Source: Chrysochromulina tobinii
Taxonomy: Eukaryota
Direction: 5' to 3'
DNA: 37,498 nucleotides
Assembly: GCA_001275005.1 (NCBI GenBank)
Contig: JWZX01003294.1
Location: 1 to 37,498, forward strand
Position numbers and translations under genes: made by a program. Position 1 is the stretch's first letter. Every line of letters begins with the position of its first letter. The notes below the pieces were generated by a model. It was not told the origin of the DNA. It saw only the letters and a program-made list of their open reading frames with translations, and made no database searches. Below, piece by piece: positions 1 to 10,659 of this stretch.

Positions 1-577
1 CCGGATGTTAATGACTCGCAGCGCACAGATGCAGCGCCTAAAGACTGGCCATGGCCATGGGCATCGAAACTTCACCGTGCGGTGCGAGTCCTATGAAGCC
101 ACGCCCATGGCAGTGTTTGAGCATGCGGACTACGTCGAGGGATGGATGGGACTTACAGAGGTCAACGTTCAGATTCTTCGCTTCCTTTCAAGCCATAGCG
201 ACCGCCTGCGCCCTCATTTTGAGGCCCTGACTCTGCACGACCACGACGAAGGTAATGATCAAATTTCGCTTGCATTATTGAAGCCTTTTGCTACGTGGCA
301 CGAGGTGGTTGCCGCAACGCCCTTGGAATGCGCGCGCTGCCACCATGCCATGAAGTCGGGAATCCTGAGGCCGTCCGAATGGGTCAACTGTGGACGCGCG
401 ACGATGAAGATAACCATTTTGGGATTTCGAATCCGGAGCGAGCAAGTGAAGGCAGGCCTAGCTGCGCTCGGCAGTGCAGGTGACCCGACCTCGAAGCTCA
501 GCAAAGCTGTGGAGGAGTCGAGAGCAGCCACAAGACAAATTAAGCACAGCTGGCCGAATGATTGCAACGAATCGTAG
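1..577 (+). CDS. 5'-truncated putative class I SAM-dependent methyltransferase-like protein (inverted duplicate of 1346-2191)
   Basis: The translation is near-identical to the C-terminal ~190 aa of the 1346-2191 (-) product. The frame is open from the window edge to TAG at 575-577. Confidence 0.65.
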   Translation, partial: RMLMTRSAQMQRLKTGHGHGHRNFTVRCESYEATPMAVFEHADYVEGWMGLTEVNVQILRFLSSHSDRLRPHFEALTLHDHDEGNDQISLALLKPFATWHEVVAATPLECARCHHAMKSGILRPSEWVNCGRATMKITILGFRIRSEQVKAGLAALGSAGDPTSKLSKAVEESRAATRQIKHSWPNDCNES

Positions 578-1345
578 GAGAACGGGCAGTCTTGGGGATG
601 CGCTCAACACTCCTTCGTTCAACACTACTTCGTTCAACACAGCTCCTAAAGCTCCGTTCCGCAGTCTCTACTTCGAAGTATACCAAGCTGCGCGGAAGCG
701 GCGTGGTGTCCCTCAACCGCGAACCGGAGCGGCTGCTGAGAGATAGTGAGGAGTACTGGAGGACTGAGAAGCTACCGGCAAAGGTACTGTGCCGCGTTTA
801 TACGGGTGGTGACACAGCCGTCGCGTGTTTATGTGTGAATAGGGGTGACGGTGGTTTTCCTTTGTATAATGACCTATCGTTCGGTTCGTTTCGTGGCGGT
901 TGGGGTACGGGGAACGGGGCGTTTTCGTCCCGGGTCCGGCGCGACACGTTTTGGCATGACGTTTTAGACCGGACCTAGGGGGACCTTCTCACTACTCAGG
1001 TGATTACCTCATAGGCTTTGAACACGCTGTGGGGCGCATTTTTTGACCTAGGGGCATGCCTAGGGGGACCTTCTCACGCGTCACCGCTACTCACAACTCA
1101 GGTCGAATTCGGGCGCGTATCGGTCGTGGGCGCCAGTATCACGTCATAATTACTGGAGTATCTCGTCGCGTTTCGCCTCGTTAGGCTTTGGCCTTTCCCT
1201 TTCTCGCCTTTTTGATTTTGTGCGAACACTGTGCTTAGCCGCCCGATGGTGATCCCCATGCTCTGGAGAATGTGTGGGTATGTTGTTTGCATGTTGGGCG
1301 TCAAAAACAAAAATCACCATACCCACCCTTGAGCAAGATTCTCAC

Positions 1346-2191
1346 CTACAATTCGTTGCAATCATTCGGCCAGCTGTGCTGAATTCGTCGGTTGGCTGCT
1401 CTCGACTCCTCCACAGCTTTGCTGAGCTTCGAGGTCGGGTCACCTGCACTGCCGAGCGCAGCTAGGCCTGCCTTCACTTGCTCGCTCCGGATTCGAAATC
1501 CCAAAATGTGTACCTTCATCGTCGCGCGTCCACAGTTGACCCATTCGGACGGCCTCAGGATTCCCGACTTCATGGCATGGTGGCAGCGCGCGCATTCCAA
1601 GGGCGTTGCGGCAACCATCTCGTGCCACGTAGCAAAAGGCTTCAATAATGCAAGCGAAATTTGATCATTACCTTCGTCGTGGTCGTGCAGAATCAGGGCC
1701 TCAAAATGAGGGCGCAGGCGGTCGCTATGGCTTGAAAGGAAGCGAAGAATCTGAACGTTGACCTCTGTAAGTCCCATGAACCCCTCGACATAGTCCGCAT
1801 GCTCAAACACTGCCATGGGCGTGGCTTCATAGGACTCGCACCGCACGGTGAAGTTTCGATGCCCATGGCCATGGCCAGTCTTTAGGCGCTGCATCTGTGC
1901 GCTGCGAGTCATTAACGTCGGGCAGTACGAGCGATCAATCTCAATCGCTACAGCGTGCCTTGCGACGCGGGCATAACACTCCATTCCATCTCCATTCCGC
2001 GTGCCGATCTCGATGATAGACTGACCTGCAAATCTGCGTGCCAATGCAGTGTGCACAGATTGTGGGCTCCGTAACGGCACAATATCCACAGGTGTCACTT
2101 CCTGTTCGCAATCCAACTGCTGCTCGACTGCAAGCGTAGGCGAGCTCAGAAGCGCGAGGTGCAGCAGAACTCGCCTCGAAGCTCGGCCCAT
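1346..2191 (-). CDS. Secreted/membrane putative class I SAM-dependent methyltransferase-like protein
   Basis: ATG 2191 gives a signal-peptide-like start (MGRASRRVLLHLALLSSPTLA). Motif I-like IIEIGTRNGDG is followed by AVAIEID, with an acidic residue ending the second strand. Homologous to 26962-27645. Confidence 0.7.
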   Translation of the reverse strand: MGRASRRVLLHLALLSSPTLAVEQQLDCEQEVTPVDIVPLRSPQSVHTALARRFAGQSIIEIGTRNGDGMECYARVARHAVAIEIDRSYCPTLMTRSAQMQRLKTGHGHGHRNFTVRCESYEATPMAVFEHADYVEGFMGLTEVNVQILRFLSSHSDRLRPHFEALILHDHDEGNDQISLALLKPFATWHEMVAATPLECARCHHAMKSGILRPSEWVNCGRATMKVHILGFRIRSEQVKAGLAALGSAGDPTSKLSKAVEESRAANRRIQHSWPNDCNEL

Positions 2192-2473
2192 GGAGCAGCC
2201 TAGCCGCCACTGAGCGAGCTGACTCGAGTCCTTACCCCAGAAAGCTTGCGGACCATCGCGCATGAATGCGAACGTGAGGACATCGTTGAAATTCCGCTTC
2301 GGTTCGCACGAGATTGTGTGTGCACCCCGAAAAAGGCAGGTCGGCACCTGGTCTGGGTTCCACACGCATCAGTGAGCGGTACGCCATATCCGGATACGCA
2401 GCGTATTTTGTTTTTGCGTATTTTCAGCATTTTGCGTTTTGCGTATTTTTGACCCGCATTACGTGACACACAA

Positions 2474-3300
2474 GTGATACATTCAAGATACATTCCGGAT
2501 ACATATGGGATACATATCGAGATACATGTACACATGAAACACATCAAGATACGTATCTCGAGCCCTACTTGCGGCCGCGCTTGGATACCCCCAAACCCTA
2601 CCCAAACCCCTGAGATTACGTGTCCCGCATGTATCCCCCATGTATCCCGCATGTATTCCGCATGTATCCCGCATGTATCTTGATAACCTCTGATGATACA
2701 TGTATCTCGCATGTATCTCGCATGTATCCCGCATGATGTCTCCTTCATATCAGATACATCTAGTCTCTCTGGATGCATTTGAGATACATGTATCTCATCA
2801 TGTATTTCGGATGTATCCCACATGTATCTTGATCACCCTTGCAGATACATGTATCTCGCATGTATCCCGCATGTATCCTGCATCTCAGATACGTACCGCT
2901 CTGGATACATTCAAGAGGTAAGTATTTCAGACAATGTATCCCTAATGTATCCCATATGTATCCCGCATATGTATCTTGAACATGTATCGTGATGTATCGT
3001 GAAGAAGAGTCCAAGATACACGTATCTTGATGTATCCTGACATGTATCCAGTGTGACACCGTCAAGGAAGCGTCCAAGATACATGTATCGTGATGTATCT
3101 GATGTGTATCCCAAAATGTATCTTGGACTCGTTTGGGATACGTGTGAAATACATGCAAAATGTCAAGATACATGTATTCTCTTGAAATGTAACAGGGCTT
3201 GTCAGATACATTTGAGATACATCAGGATACACTCGAGATACATGTATCCTTCAGGATACATGCAGGATACATCAGGATACATCAGGATACGTATCTGATA
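2474..3300. repeat. AT-richer satellite-like array of GATAC/GTATC and GATACATGTATC palindromic motifs
   Basis: Dozens of gatacat/catgtatc units in both orientations, including near-tandem cgcatgtatcc/cgcatgtatct 11-mers. Confidence 0.9.
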
Positions 3301-3358
3301 GGAAACTGTACCCAAACACGATAGGAAACTGACCCGCACCGCAAAGTGGGCTGGCCAG

Positions 3359-3537
3359 TACGCAATACGCAATACGCAATACGCAATGGGGTCAAAGTGG
3401 GCTGGCTAGTGCGCAATACGCAATACGCAATACGCAATACGCAAAGAGGGTCAAAGTGGGCTGGATGTGAAAATTGCAGTCATACGCAATACGCAATACG
3501 CAGTACGTAATGCGGGTCAAAAATACGCAATACGCAA
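3359..3537 (+). repeat. (TACGCAA)n heptamer arrays separated by gggtcaaagtgggctgg units
   Basis: Read directly in the sequence. These are subterminal repeats of the TIR element. Confidence 0.9.
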
Positions 3538-3977
3538 AATGCTGACAAGACGCAAAAAAAAAATACGCTGCGTATGGCGTACCTCTCACTGATGGGACCA
3601 CCCCCCTATAAAGGGGTGGCCACGACGTCCAAGGTCCAACACCCGCCACAACAGCAAAAGAAACGAAACCTCCCAACCCACCCCCCGTCGGGAAAGCGGG
3701 GTTCGAGGTGTGGGTTCTCTCTAAGGGGGGTCTAGTTAGTGTGCACCACTGCAGACAGTTCTGTACCGTAGTACACGCCCATCGCGTTCGGGGATGTACG
3801 TCAGACCCTAGGGTGCGTGCGTGTATAGGTATGGTCCGGTCACCAAAAGCAAACTTTCCTAAGGTGGCATGCGACATGGAACATGGAACGGCATCTGGTG
3901 AGGGGTGGGGCCTTATAAACATGAAAAATAGTAGACCACTCCCCCTTGGGTCAAGAGATAGCATGCCTGGGGACAGG

Positions 3978-4100
3978 GGAGACGCTCTTGCCACGTCATC
4001 ATCTAATAATAATCTAATAAGGGGACGAGGCTCCACAGGCGAGGCGCGCCGTCTCGTTTTGCGGCCGCTGGCACGCGGCACAGCTCCAGCATGTTCATGT
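3978..4100 (+). repeat. ~115-bp dispersed repeat, copy 1 (inverted relative to 7533-7642)
   Basis: ggagacgctcttgccacgtcatcatctaataa...cagctccagcatgttcatgt matches the reverse complement of 7533-7642 with a few substitutions and small indels. Confidence 0.9.
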
Positions 4101-4218
4101 GTGTGGGTTGATGTGTCGGAGTGTGTGTTCGTGCGGTGGAGTCTTCGACTCAGAGGGGCACGACGGATTGTCCTCAGGTTCCTCAGCGATCTCAGCGATC
4201 TCAGCGATCTCAGCTTCG

Positions 4219-6558
4219 TCAGTCCACGACGGATTGGACCGGGGCGGTGCGCTGCCGAGTCGCCGCCTCCTTTTCCCGATCTCGACGCATTTGCCTCTCG
4301 TGCTTCCGTTGGAAGGAATGGCTCGGACTCCGCTCGCTCCAGTGCCGATGCCAGGCGATGGGAGGGGGCAGGAAGGAAGAGTTTGGCGTCCGAGAGCCCG
4401 ATGCCGGGGTCCGAGCTCCGGATGCCGGGGTCCGTCCGCCGTCGCTCGGAGTCGCCCTTTCGGACCGACGTCCTCTGTAGGCTCCCTCATCGTCGGAGGA
4501 TCCGTACCATGCCTCGTCACGCTCACGGGAGTCCCGTCGTTCCTGGACACGTTTGACGACATTCTCCGCCGCCTGCGCGGTGGCAGCCTCGAGCTGCCGC
4601 CGCTTCCACAGCTCAGCTTTCTCTGCCCTCTTCGCCATCACCTTCCAGTCGGTGAGCCAGTGGGCAAATGCTTCGTTGAGCTCGGGCTTCTTGACCCGGC
4701 TCGCCACCTTTTGCAGCAGCCGACGATAGTTTTGGCCATGGGTCCACATGTGAAACCAGGCCGCCCAGCCGCGCGCGAGGTCGGCGTTCATGATGCGCCG
4801 CGTAGCTTGCCGGCGGAGCAGCTCAACGCGTGCGGCGCGGAGGAGCGCCTCGCGATGCTTCGCCTGCGTCTCGGCGAAGCGCAGGGCCACGGTGTTGACA
4901 GTGTCGGCCGTCGTCGAGAAGGTGACCTGGCTAAGGTCCTCCTCCTTCGTAAACGGCCACAGGTTCCGGTACTTCTGGCGGCCCATGAAAAACACGATCC
5001 CGATGAAGATGTAGAGGATGGATAGCTCGAGCAGCGGGTCGCTCCCATCCCTAAAGTAGCTGTCGGTGGTGACGAAGATGAACGAGAAGATGATCAACTG
5101 CGGGATCACCACCAGAGGGAGGAAACGAACTTTCCAGGCCTTCGGGTCATCCTCTCTGCGCCCGGCCCAGATCTGGTAGCGCAAGGCGCAGATGCCGACT
5201 CCCTGGCCGATGAACTGGACGAGGGTGAGCATCACGGTCATCGCGCCCACGACGACATCGAGATCCAAGAAGCAGAACAGTGAGGAGAGCGTCCCGAGTG
5301 CGAGGAGCGACAGGGTGGGCACGCCTTCAGAGCACCCAAGGGTGGAGCGGCGGGCGAAGGCCTCGATGAATAGGCCGCTCTCTGCCGCTGCTCCAGGCAA
5401 GTACATCATACCGGCCATGTTCGAGAACACAGAACCGAAGATGACGATGCAGACAACGACGGCGGAGAAGCACGCAAACGCGCGGCCGGCGAGCTTCTCC
5501 GAAAACTGCGACACGCCGAACCGAAGGCGCGCGAGTGAGTGTGAGAGGGTGAGGGTGCGAGGGCTGTGGGCAAGGGCTGTGGGAGTGCGCTGGGCGAGAC
5601 GCGGATGCAGCGCGGGATTCGGTCGCAGCGAGGGAACCTCCGCCACGATGTACACCGCGTCGTCGTTGGCCGCGCGAGTGGCGAAGCCATCGTCACCACC
5701 CCACGGCAAGTAGCCGAGGATTGAGATGTAGGTGAGCATGTATACGCAGAGCAGCACGCTGCACGTGATGATGCACGACCCGGGGATAGTGCGCCGTGGC
5801 TTCTGGACCTCGCCGCCCATGGTGCAGACGTCGTAATAGCCGGTGAAGTCATAGATGCCGAACCGGCATGCGGCACCAAGGGTGGCAATCCCGTTACGAA
5901 GCGGTTCGGGAGGCAATTGGAAATTGTCGCCGTCGAAGTTGACAAAGCCGGCGATCAGTACGTATAGGATCGCTGCGATCGTAATCGCCCACAGCACGTA
6001 GATCATTCGTCCCGAGTTACCAGGCTTTTGCATCAGGATCGCCATGACCAACCAGTTCAGGCAGAAAGCTGTGAGAGACAGGGTCCAGTAATCGTTATTG
6101 CCATGGATGTATGAGGCGTAGTTGGCGATGGCGATGAAGCCCGAGGCACAATTGGCGGGGCCGCTGATCCAGGACTGCCAAAGGAAGATGAACGCCGCCA
6201 GATCGCCCCACTTGCCCACCCCAAAGCACTCACGTAGGTACACGTACGTGCCGCCCGAGTATGGGAAGCGTGAGCCAAGCTCTCCCCAGATCCACGAGTC
6301 GCAAAAGCATGCTAGTGCGGCAATTGAGTAGCCGATCATGGCGTGCGGACCGGGCGGGTCCGTCGACGCGATGCAGTAGGGCATTGAGACAAAGGGGCCT
6401 GTGCCGAACATCATCATCGTGTTGAGCGCGCACGCCTGCGTGAAAGTGAATTTGTGGGAGTCATCCACTTCAATCTCTTTGCCATCTTCATCAAAGCCGT
6501 CAACGTCCTCTCGTTCTCGCGGCTTGTCGCCGATGAATCTATTGAGTATCCCCACCAT
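4219..6558 (-). CDS. APC-superfamily amino acid/polyamine permease with extended cytosolic C-terminal tail; one probable in-frame intron 5506-5637
   Basis: TM1 motif MMFGTGPF, ELGSRFPYSGGTYVYLRECFG, YDFTGYYDVCTMGGEV, and multiple hydrophobic helices. A GT..AG 132-nt segment removes a non-transporter-like insert. The start codon is uncertain. Confidence 0.88.
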   Translation of the reverse strand: MVGILNRFIGDKPREREDVDGFDEDGKEIEVDDSHKFTFTQACALNTMMMFGTGPFVSMPYCIASTDPPGPHAMIGYSIAALACFCDSWIWGELGSRFPYSGGTYVYLRECFGVGKWGDLAAFIFLWQSWISGPANCASGFIAIANYASYIHGNNDYWTLSLTAFCLNWLVMAILMQKPGNSGRMIYVLWAITIAAILYVLIAGFVNFDGDNFQLPPEPLRNGIATLGAACRFGIYDFTGYYDVCTMGGEVQKPRRTIPGSCIITCSVLLCVYMLTYISILGYLPWGGDDGFATRAANDDAVYIVAEVPSLRPNPALHPRLAQRTPTALAHSPRTLTLSHSLARLRFGVSQFSEKLAGRAFACFSAVVVCIVIFGSVFSNMAGMMYLPGAAAESGLFIEAFARRSTLGCSEGVPTLSLLALGTLSSLFCFLDLDVVVGAMTVMLTLVQFIGQGVGICALRYQIWAGRREDDPKAWKVRFLPLVVIPQLIIFSFIFVTTDSYFRDGSDPLLELSILYIFIGIVFFMGRQKYRNLWPFTKEEDLSQVTFSTTADTVNTVALRFAETQAKHREALLRAARVELLRRQATRRIMNADLARGWAAWFHMWTHGQNYRRLLQKVASRVKKPELNEAFAHWLTDWKVMAKRAEKAELWKRRQLEAATAQAAENVVKRVQERRDSRERDEAWYGSSDDEGAYRGRRSERATPSDGGRTPASGARTPASGSRTPNSSFLPPPIAWHRHWSERSPSHSFQRKHERQMRRDREKEAATRQRTAPVQSVVD

Positions 6559-7532
6559 GAGCCGCCAAGTCAAGCGAGGCTCCGCTCTGGAAGGTCAGAA
6601 CGGTCTGCCGACCTCAGAATCAGTGAGATGCAGCTCAAAAAGGAAATTTCGGTTACAACGCATTCGAAGCATGCATGTGGGAAACGGGGCTACTCGCTGA
6701 TGAGACACTTATAATCACCATGCAAACGCACGCACACGGTTGGCACACGCGTGAGCAACCGATGCCTCGCATGTATCCCATATGATCCTGAATTTCCAAT
6801 ATTTCCCTTTATTTCCGCGTCTGTGGATGTGGTTAGATACTTACATCACGGAAAACATATGTTGTCTCGCGCTGTCTCCGGATTCCCCCACCACCTTTGT
6901 ATCTCGCTCTCGGTCGCGCTGATGTCGCTCCTCCTATTGTCCCAACGAGCTGTCTCCGCGGGGTGGTAGCAGGTAGCTGGAGGGGCTGGAGTACCCCCGG
7001 TAGCCGGGTAGGCTCTACGAGTCTAGACTCTAGAGAAGTCTTCAGAGTTCAGTCTAGTCGTCCGAGGTACCGGCCCGTCCGGCCGCGTATCCCCACCCCA
7101 CACGGACACGCCCAGAGGTGCCCACCTCGACACCTGTTTTCGAAATTCGAACTGATTTCCACGGCAACTCCAAGTGGCGCTGCCGGAGTGGGCCAGCCCG
7201 GGGGCGCCCAGCCGCCTGCCAGGCGCGCCCCAGCGCCCGCAGCCCAGGCCGCTCCCGACCCGCCAGCATAGCGTAGACGAGGGTACCTACTGCTGCTCCG
7301 GCTGGGACGCCCACGCGACGACGCAGCGCGCAGCCGCAGGGGGATTCATTCATTCATCTTTCTGTGATTACACACTTTCCCAACTTGCAACTACCTTTGA
7401 ATTCAAATCTAGTGACGCGGGTCATCTACAGACCCGCTCCATCCGGCACGATCACACGCTCCAACACATCACCCCCCACAAACCTTCGACTCGCGTGCCG
7501 ATCTCCGAGTCGCGCAGACTCCGATTGTCTGT

Positions 7533-7642
7533 ACATGAACATGCTGGAGCTGCCGCGCGCCAGCGGCCGCAAAACAAGACGGCGCGCCTCGCCTGTGGAG
7601 CCTCGACCCCTTATTAGATGATGACGTGGCAAGAGCGTCTCC
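7533..7642 (-). repeat. ~110-bp dispersed repeat, copy 2
   Basis: Reverse complement of 3978-4100. Confidence 0.9.
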
Positions 7643-7724
7643 TCGATAGCCGTGTTGCACGCGCGCGGGATCGCCGCCAACTCTGCTGCCGCCGGCGCTG
7701 TCAGCTGTCCTCACGGCGCGTTCC

Positions 7725-10179
7725 TCACTCGGCGCGCGCCTTGGCCGCCGCTTCCCTCGCGCTGACCGCGGCAGCCCTCGCCGCAGCCGCTGCCTGTCGC
7801 GCAAGCTCCGCAGCCGTTGCGGGAGCATGAGCAGCAGCAGCAGCGGCGGCGGGCGCGGCAGCGGTGGCAGAGGAGACAGCGCCCGCGCCCACCTCGTGCG
7901 GCTCGATGTTCGTCTCGTGCGCGACTGCCATCCGCTCGATGGCGACAGCGAGGGGCAACGAGCCCAGGTCGCCTCCTCGCCTCGAAGTGAGCGCGAGGGA
8001 GCGACCCTCGACCTCTGCGGCGCCGACGACCGCGTACATGGGGATCTTCTCCTGGTTTGAAATCTTGATCTGCTTGCCGAGCGAGCGGCCGCCAATGTCG
8101 ACCTCAGCGCGCACGCCCGCGCGCTTGCACGCCTTCACCACCTCCTCGCAATAGGGCTTGAAGTCATCCGACACGGGCAGCAGGCGCAGCTGCGTGGGTG
8201 CGAGCCAGAATGGGAAGTCACCCGCGGTCGACTCGGTCAGTACTCCGAAGAAGCGCTCCATCGAGCCAAAGATCGCGCGGTGCACCATGATCGGTTGCTC
8301 CACCTTGCCCGAGGAGGCGATGTACTCGAGTCCGAAACGGTCGGGTAGGTTGAAGTCGCACTGGATCGTCGAGCACTGCCACATCCGCCCGATGGCGTCG
8401 CGAATCTTGACGTCGATCTTCGGGCCGTAAAAGGCGCCGCCGCCCTCGTCCACGTCGTACGTCCAACCCTTCCGGTCGAGGGCGTCCGTGAGCGCGGTCG
8501 TGGCCTTGTCCCAGATGGCATCGGAGCCGACGCTCTTCTCCGGGCGTGTGGAGAGCATCACCTGTGGGGAAGAGGAGGGCGCCGTGGTGAGCACTTGCAT
8601 GCCGAGGACGAGCGCGCCGAGCAGCAGGGCGCGTCGAGAGCATCACCTTGTAGTCGGTGAACCCAAATTTGGAAAGGATGGTCTCCGTCAGGTCGAGCAC
8701 TCCGAGGATCTCGTCAGAGAGTTGCTCGGGCAGGCAGAAGATGTGAGCGTCGTCCTGCGTGAAGCCGCGCACGCGGAAGAGGCCGTGCAGAGTGCCCGAG
8801 CGCTCGTACCGGTAGACAGTCCCGAGCTCGGCCCAGCGCAAGGGGAGGTCGCGGTACGAGCGCGGGCTGTCCTTGTAGACGAGCACGTGGAAGGGGCAGT
8901 TCATCGGCCGAATCTGGTACTCCGCGCCCTCGACCTCCATCTGGCGGGCGCCGTAGTGGGCGCCCGGGACGACGCAGGGCGAGCACGCACGGGGTCAGAA
9001 GGTCAGAAGAGAGGGGGGGGCGGCGGGCTCGTGGGCATATAGATATAGAAGGGGCCTGCACGGCGGCCAGTTAGGCGGCCAGAATGGTGGCCCGCAGCGG
9101 GCTGCACCGCGGGCTGCAGCAGAGGGTACGCTCACCTGGTCGAACATTCCGTCCTTGTAGAAGTCGAAGTGGCCGCTCGTCTTCCACAGGTCCAGCGACG
9201 CCATGTGGGGCGTGTACAGCAGCTCGTACGGCTTGGGGCCGTTGATGTGCACATCCTTCCAGAATGTCTCGATGGCGTTGCGCATGCGCGCACCCTTGGG
9301 GTGCCAAAAGACGAGGCCGCCGCCCGCGTCCTGCTGAATCGAGAAGAGGTCGAGCTGCTTGCCCAGCATGCGGTGGTCACGCCGCTTCGCCTCCGCCTGC
9401 AGCCGCGCGTACTCTGCGAGCTGCTCCTTATTCTCCCAGGCCGATCCGTAGATGCGCTGCAGCATGGGTTTGGTCTCGTCGCCGCGCCAGTACGCGCCCG
9501 CGATCGAGTCGAGAGAGATGGCGTCCGCGGGGAGCATGCCCGTATGCGCGACGTGCGGGCCCGCGCACAGATCCCACCACTTCGTCTTTGAGTTCTCGTC
9601 GCCGATGTGGTAGATCGTGATCAGTGCCGTCGGGTCGCGAGCCACGATCGAGTCGAGAATCTCAAGCTTGTATGGCTCGTTGATTTCCAAGATGCGCCGG
9701 CGTGCCTCGTCGGCGGAGACCTCCTCGCGCACGAGCGGCAGCTTCATCGAGATGATCTTGTCCATCTCCTTCTTGATGCGCCGCAGGTCGGTCTCGAGGA
9801 AGGCCTCCTTGTAGTCGAAGTCGTAGTAGAAGCCATTCTCGATCCACGGGCCGATGGTCACCTTGGCATCCTTGAAGAGGCGCTGCACGGCCATGGCCAT
9901 CACGTGCGCGCTCGTGTGCCGGATGCGCAGCAGCGTGTCGCTCTCCTCATTGCTCGGCAGGACTATGGGCTTCACCGCCTCGATAAGCGCGGGCACGTCA
10001 GCGGTGGCCTCAGGCGTCTCCACGGCTTGCATGATGACAGAGCTCGCATGAAGGCGGCGCGCGACGATCTGCCGCGCGGCGGCGAGCCGCGATGCAGCGG
10101 GAGCCCCGCTTGGCTGATACGCCGCCACCAGCGAGGCAATTGACACGGTGCGCAAAGCTCGAGCCCATCGTGCCACCAT
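7725..10179 (-). CDS. thrS: Threonyl-tRNA synthetase, organellar (likely plastid) type; exons 10179-9136, 8940-8647, 8561-7725
   Basis: Motifs [65 protein letters not shown] and [15 protein letters not shown] introns 9135-8941 and 8646-8562 join three ORFs in frame. There is an N-terminal targeting-like extension and no TGS domain. Confidence 0.97.
8562..8646 (-). other. Spliceosomal intron (85 nt) with a 5' copy of the downstream exon and a shared 3' module
   Basis: Starts gtgatgctctcgacgcgcc, while the next exon starts gtgatgctctccacacgcc. Ends gcatgcaagtgctcaccacggcgc...ttccccacag. Confidence 0.9.
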
Positions 10180-10659
10180 TTCGAGCCGGTCGTCGAGCGC
10201 AGGTCCTCGCGGCTTGAGATCAAGTCTCGTGAGTTTTCTGTGAATTCACGTCAATTGCCGAAACGTGGCTCGTCACATTCACGACACTGCTTGTAAATTC
10301 ACATTCACGTCAATTGCCACCACGGCAAGACGCGCAACCACCGTGAACGACCGTCACCGTGTCAACGGTCCCTTCCACGGGTCCATCCCTTCGTTCTTGG
10401 CACAGCGCACGAGCGCAGCAAAGCCGCACTATCACCGCCTCCTGCACTCCTAGGCGCCCATCGACTGCCCTTCGGCCTCTGCGTTGGCCAGCATGCGCGC
10501 ACAGCGGTGGCGGGTTCACCCGACAGCTACATGTAACTCACTTACATCTTCTCCTCGACTCTTCTCCATGTGGATGATGGAGTCAAGTCATGATGTCGTG
10601 ACTGCGTGCATGATGACGTGCATGCTATCTCGCAGACGATGCATCACATCAAGGGGGAA

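Larger units (their letters stand above)
2367..3594. mobile_element. Non-autonomous TIR DNA element (MITE-like), ~1.2 kb
   Basis: 2367-2464 (catcagtgagcggtacgccata...gacccgcattacgt) is the imperfect reverse complement of 3505-3594 (acgtaatgcgggtc...tatggcgtacctctcactgatg). No transposase ORF inside. Confidence 0.75.

Noticed and set aside
2200..3298. Several Met/Tyr/Cys-rich ORFs on both strands
   Set aside because: They are translations of the GATAC/CATGTATC satellite inside the TIR element.
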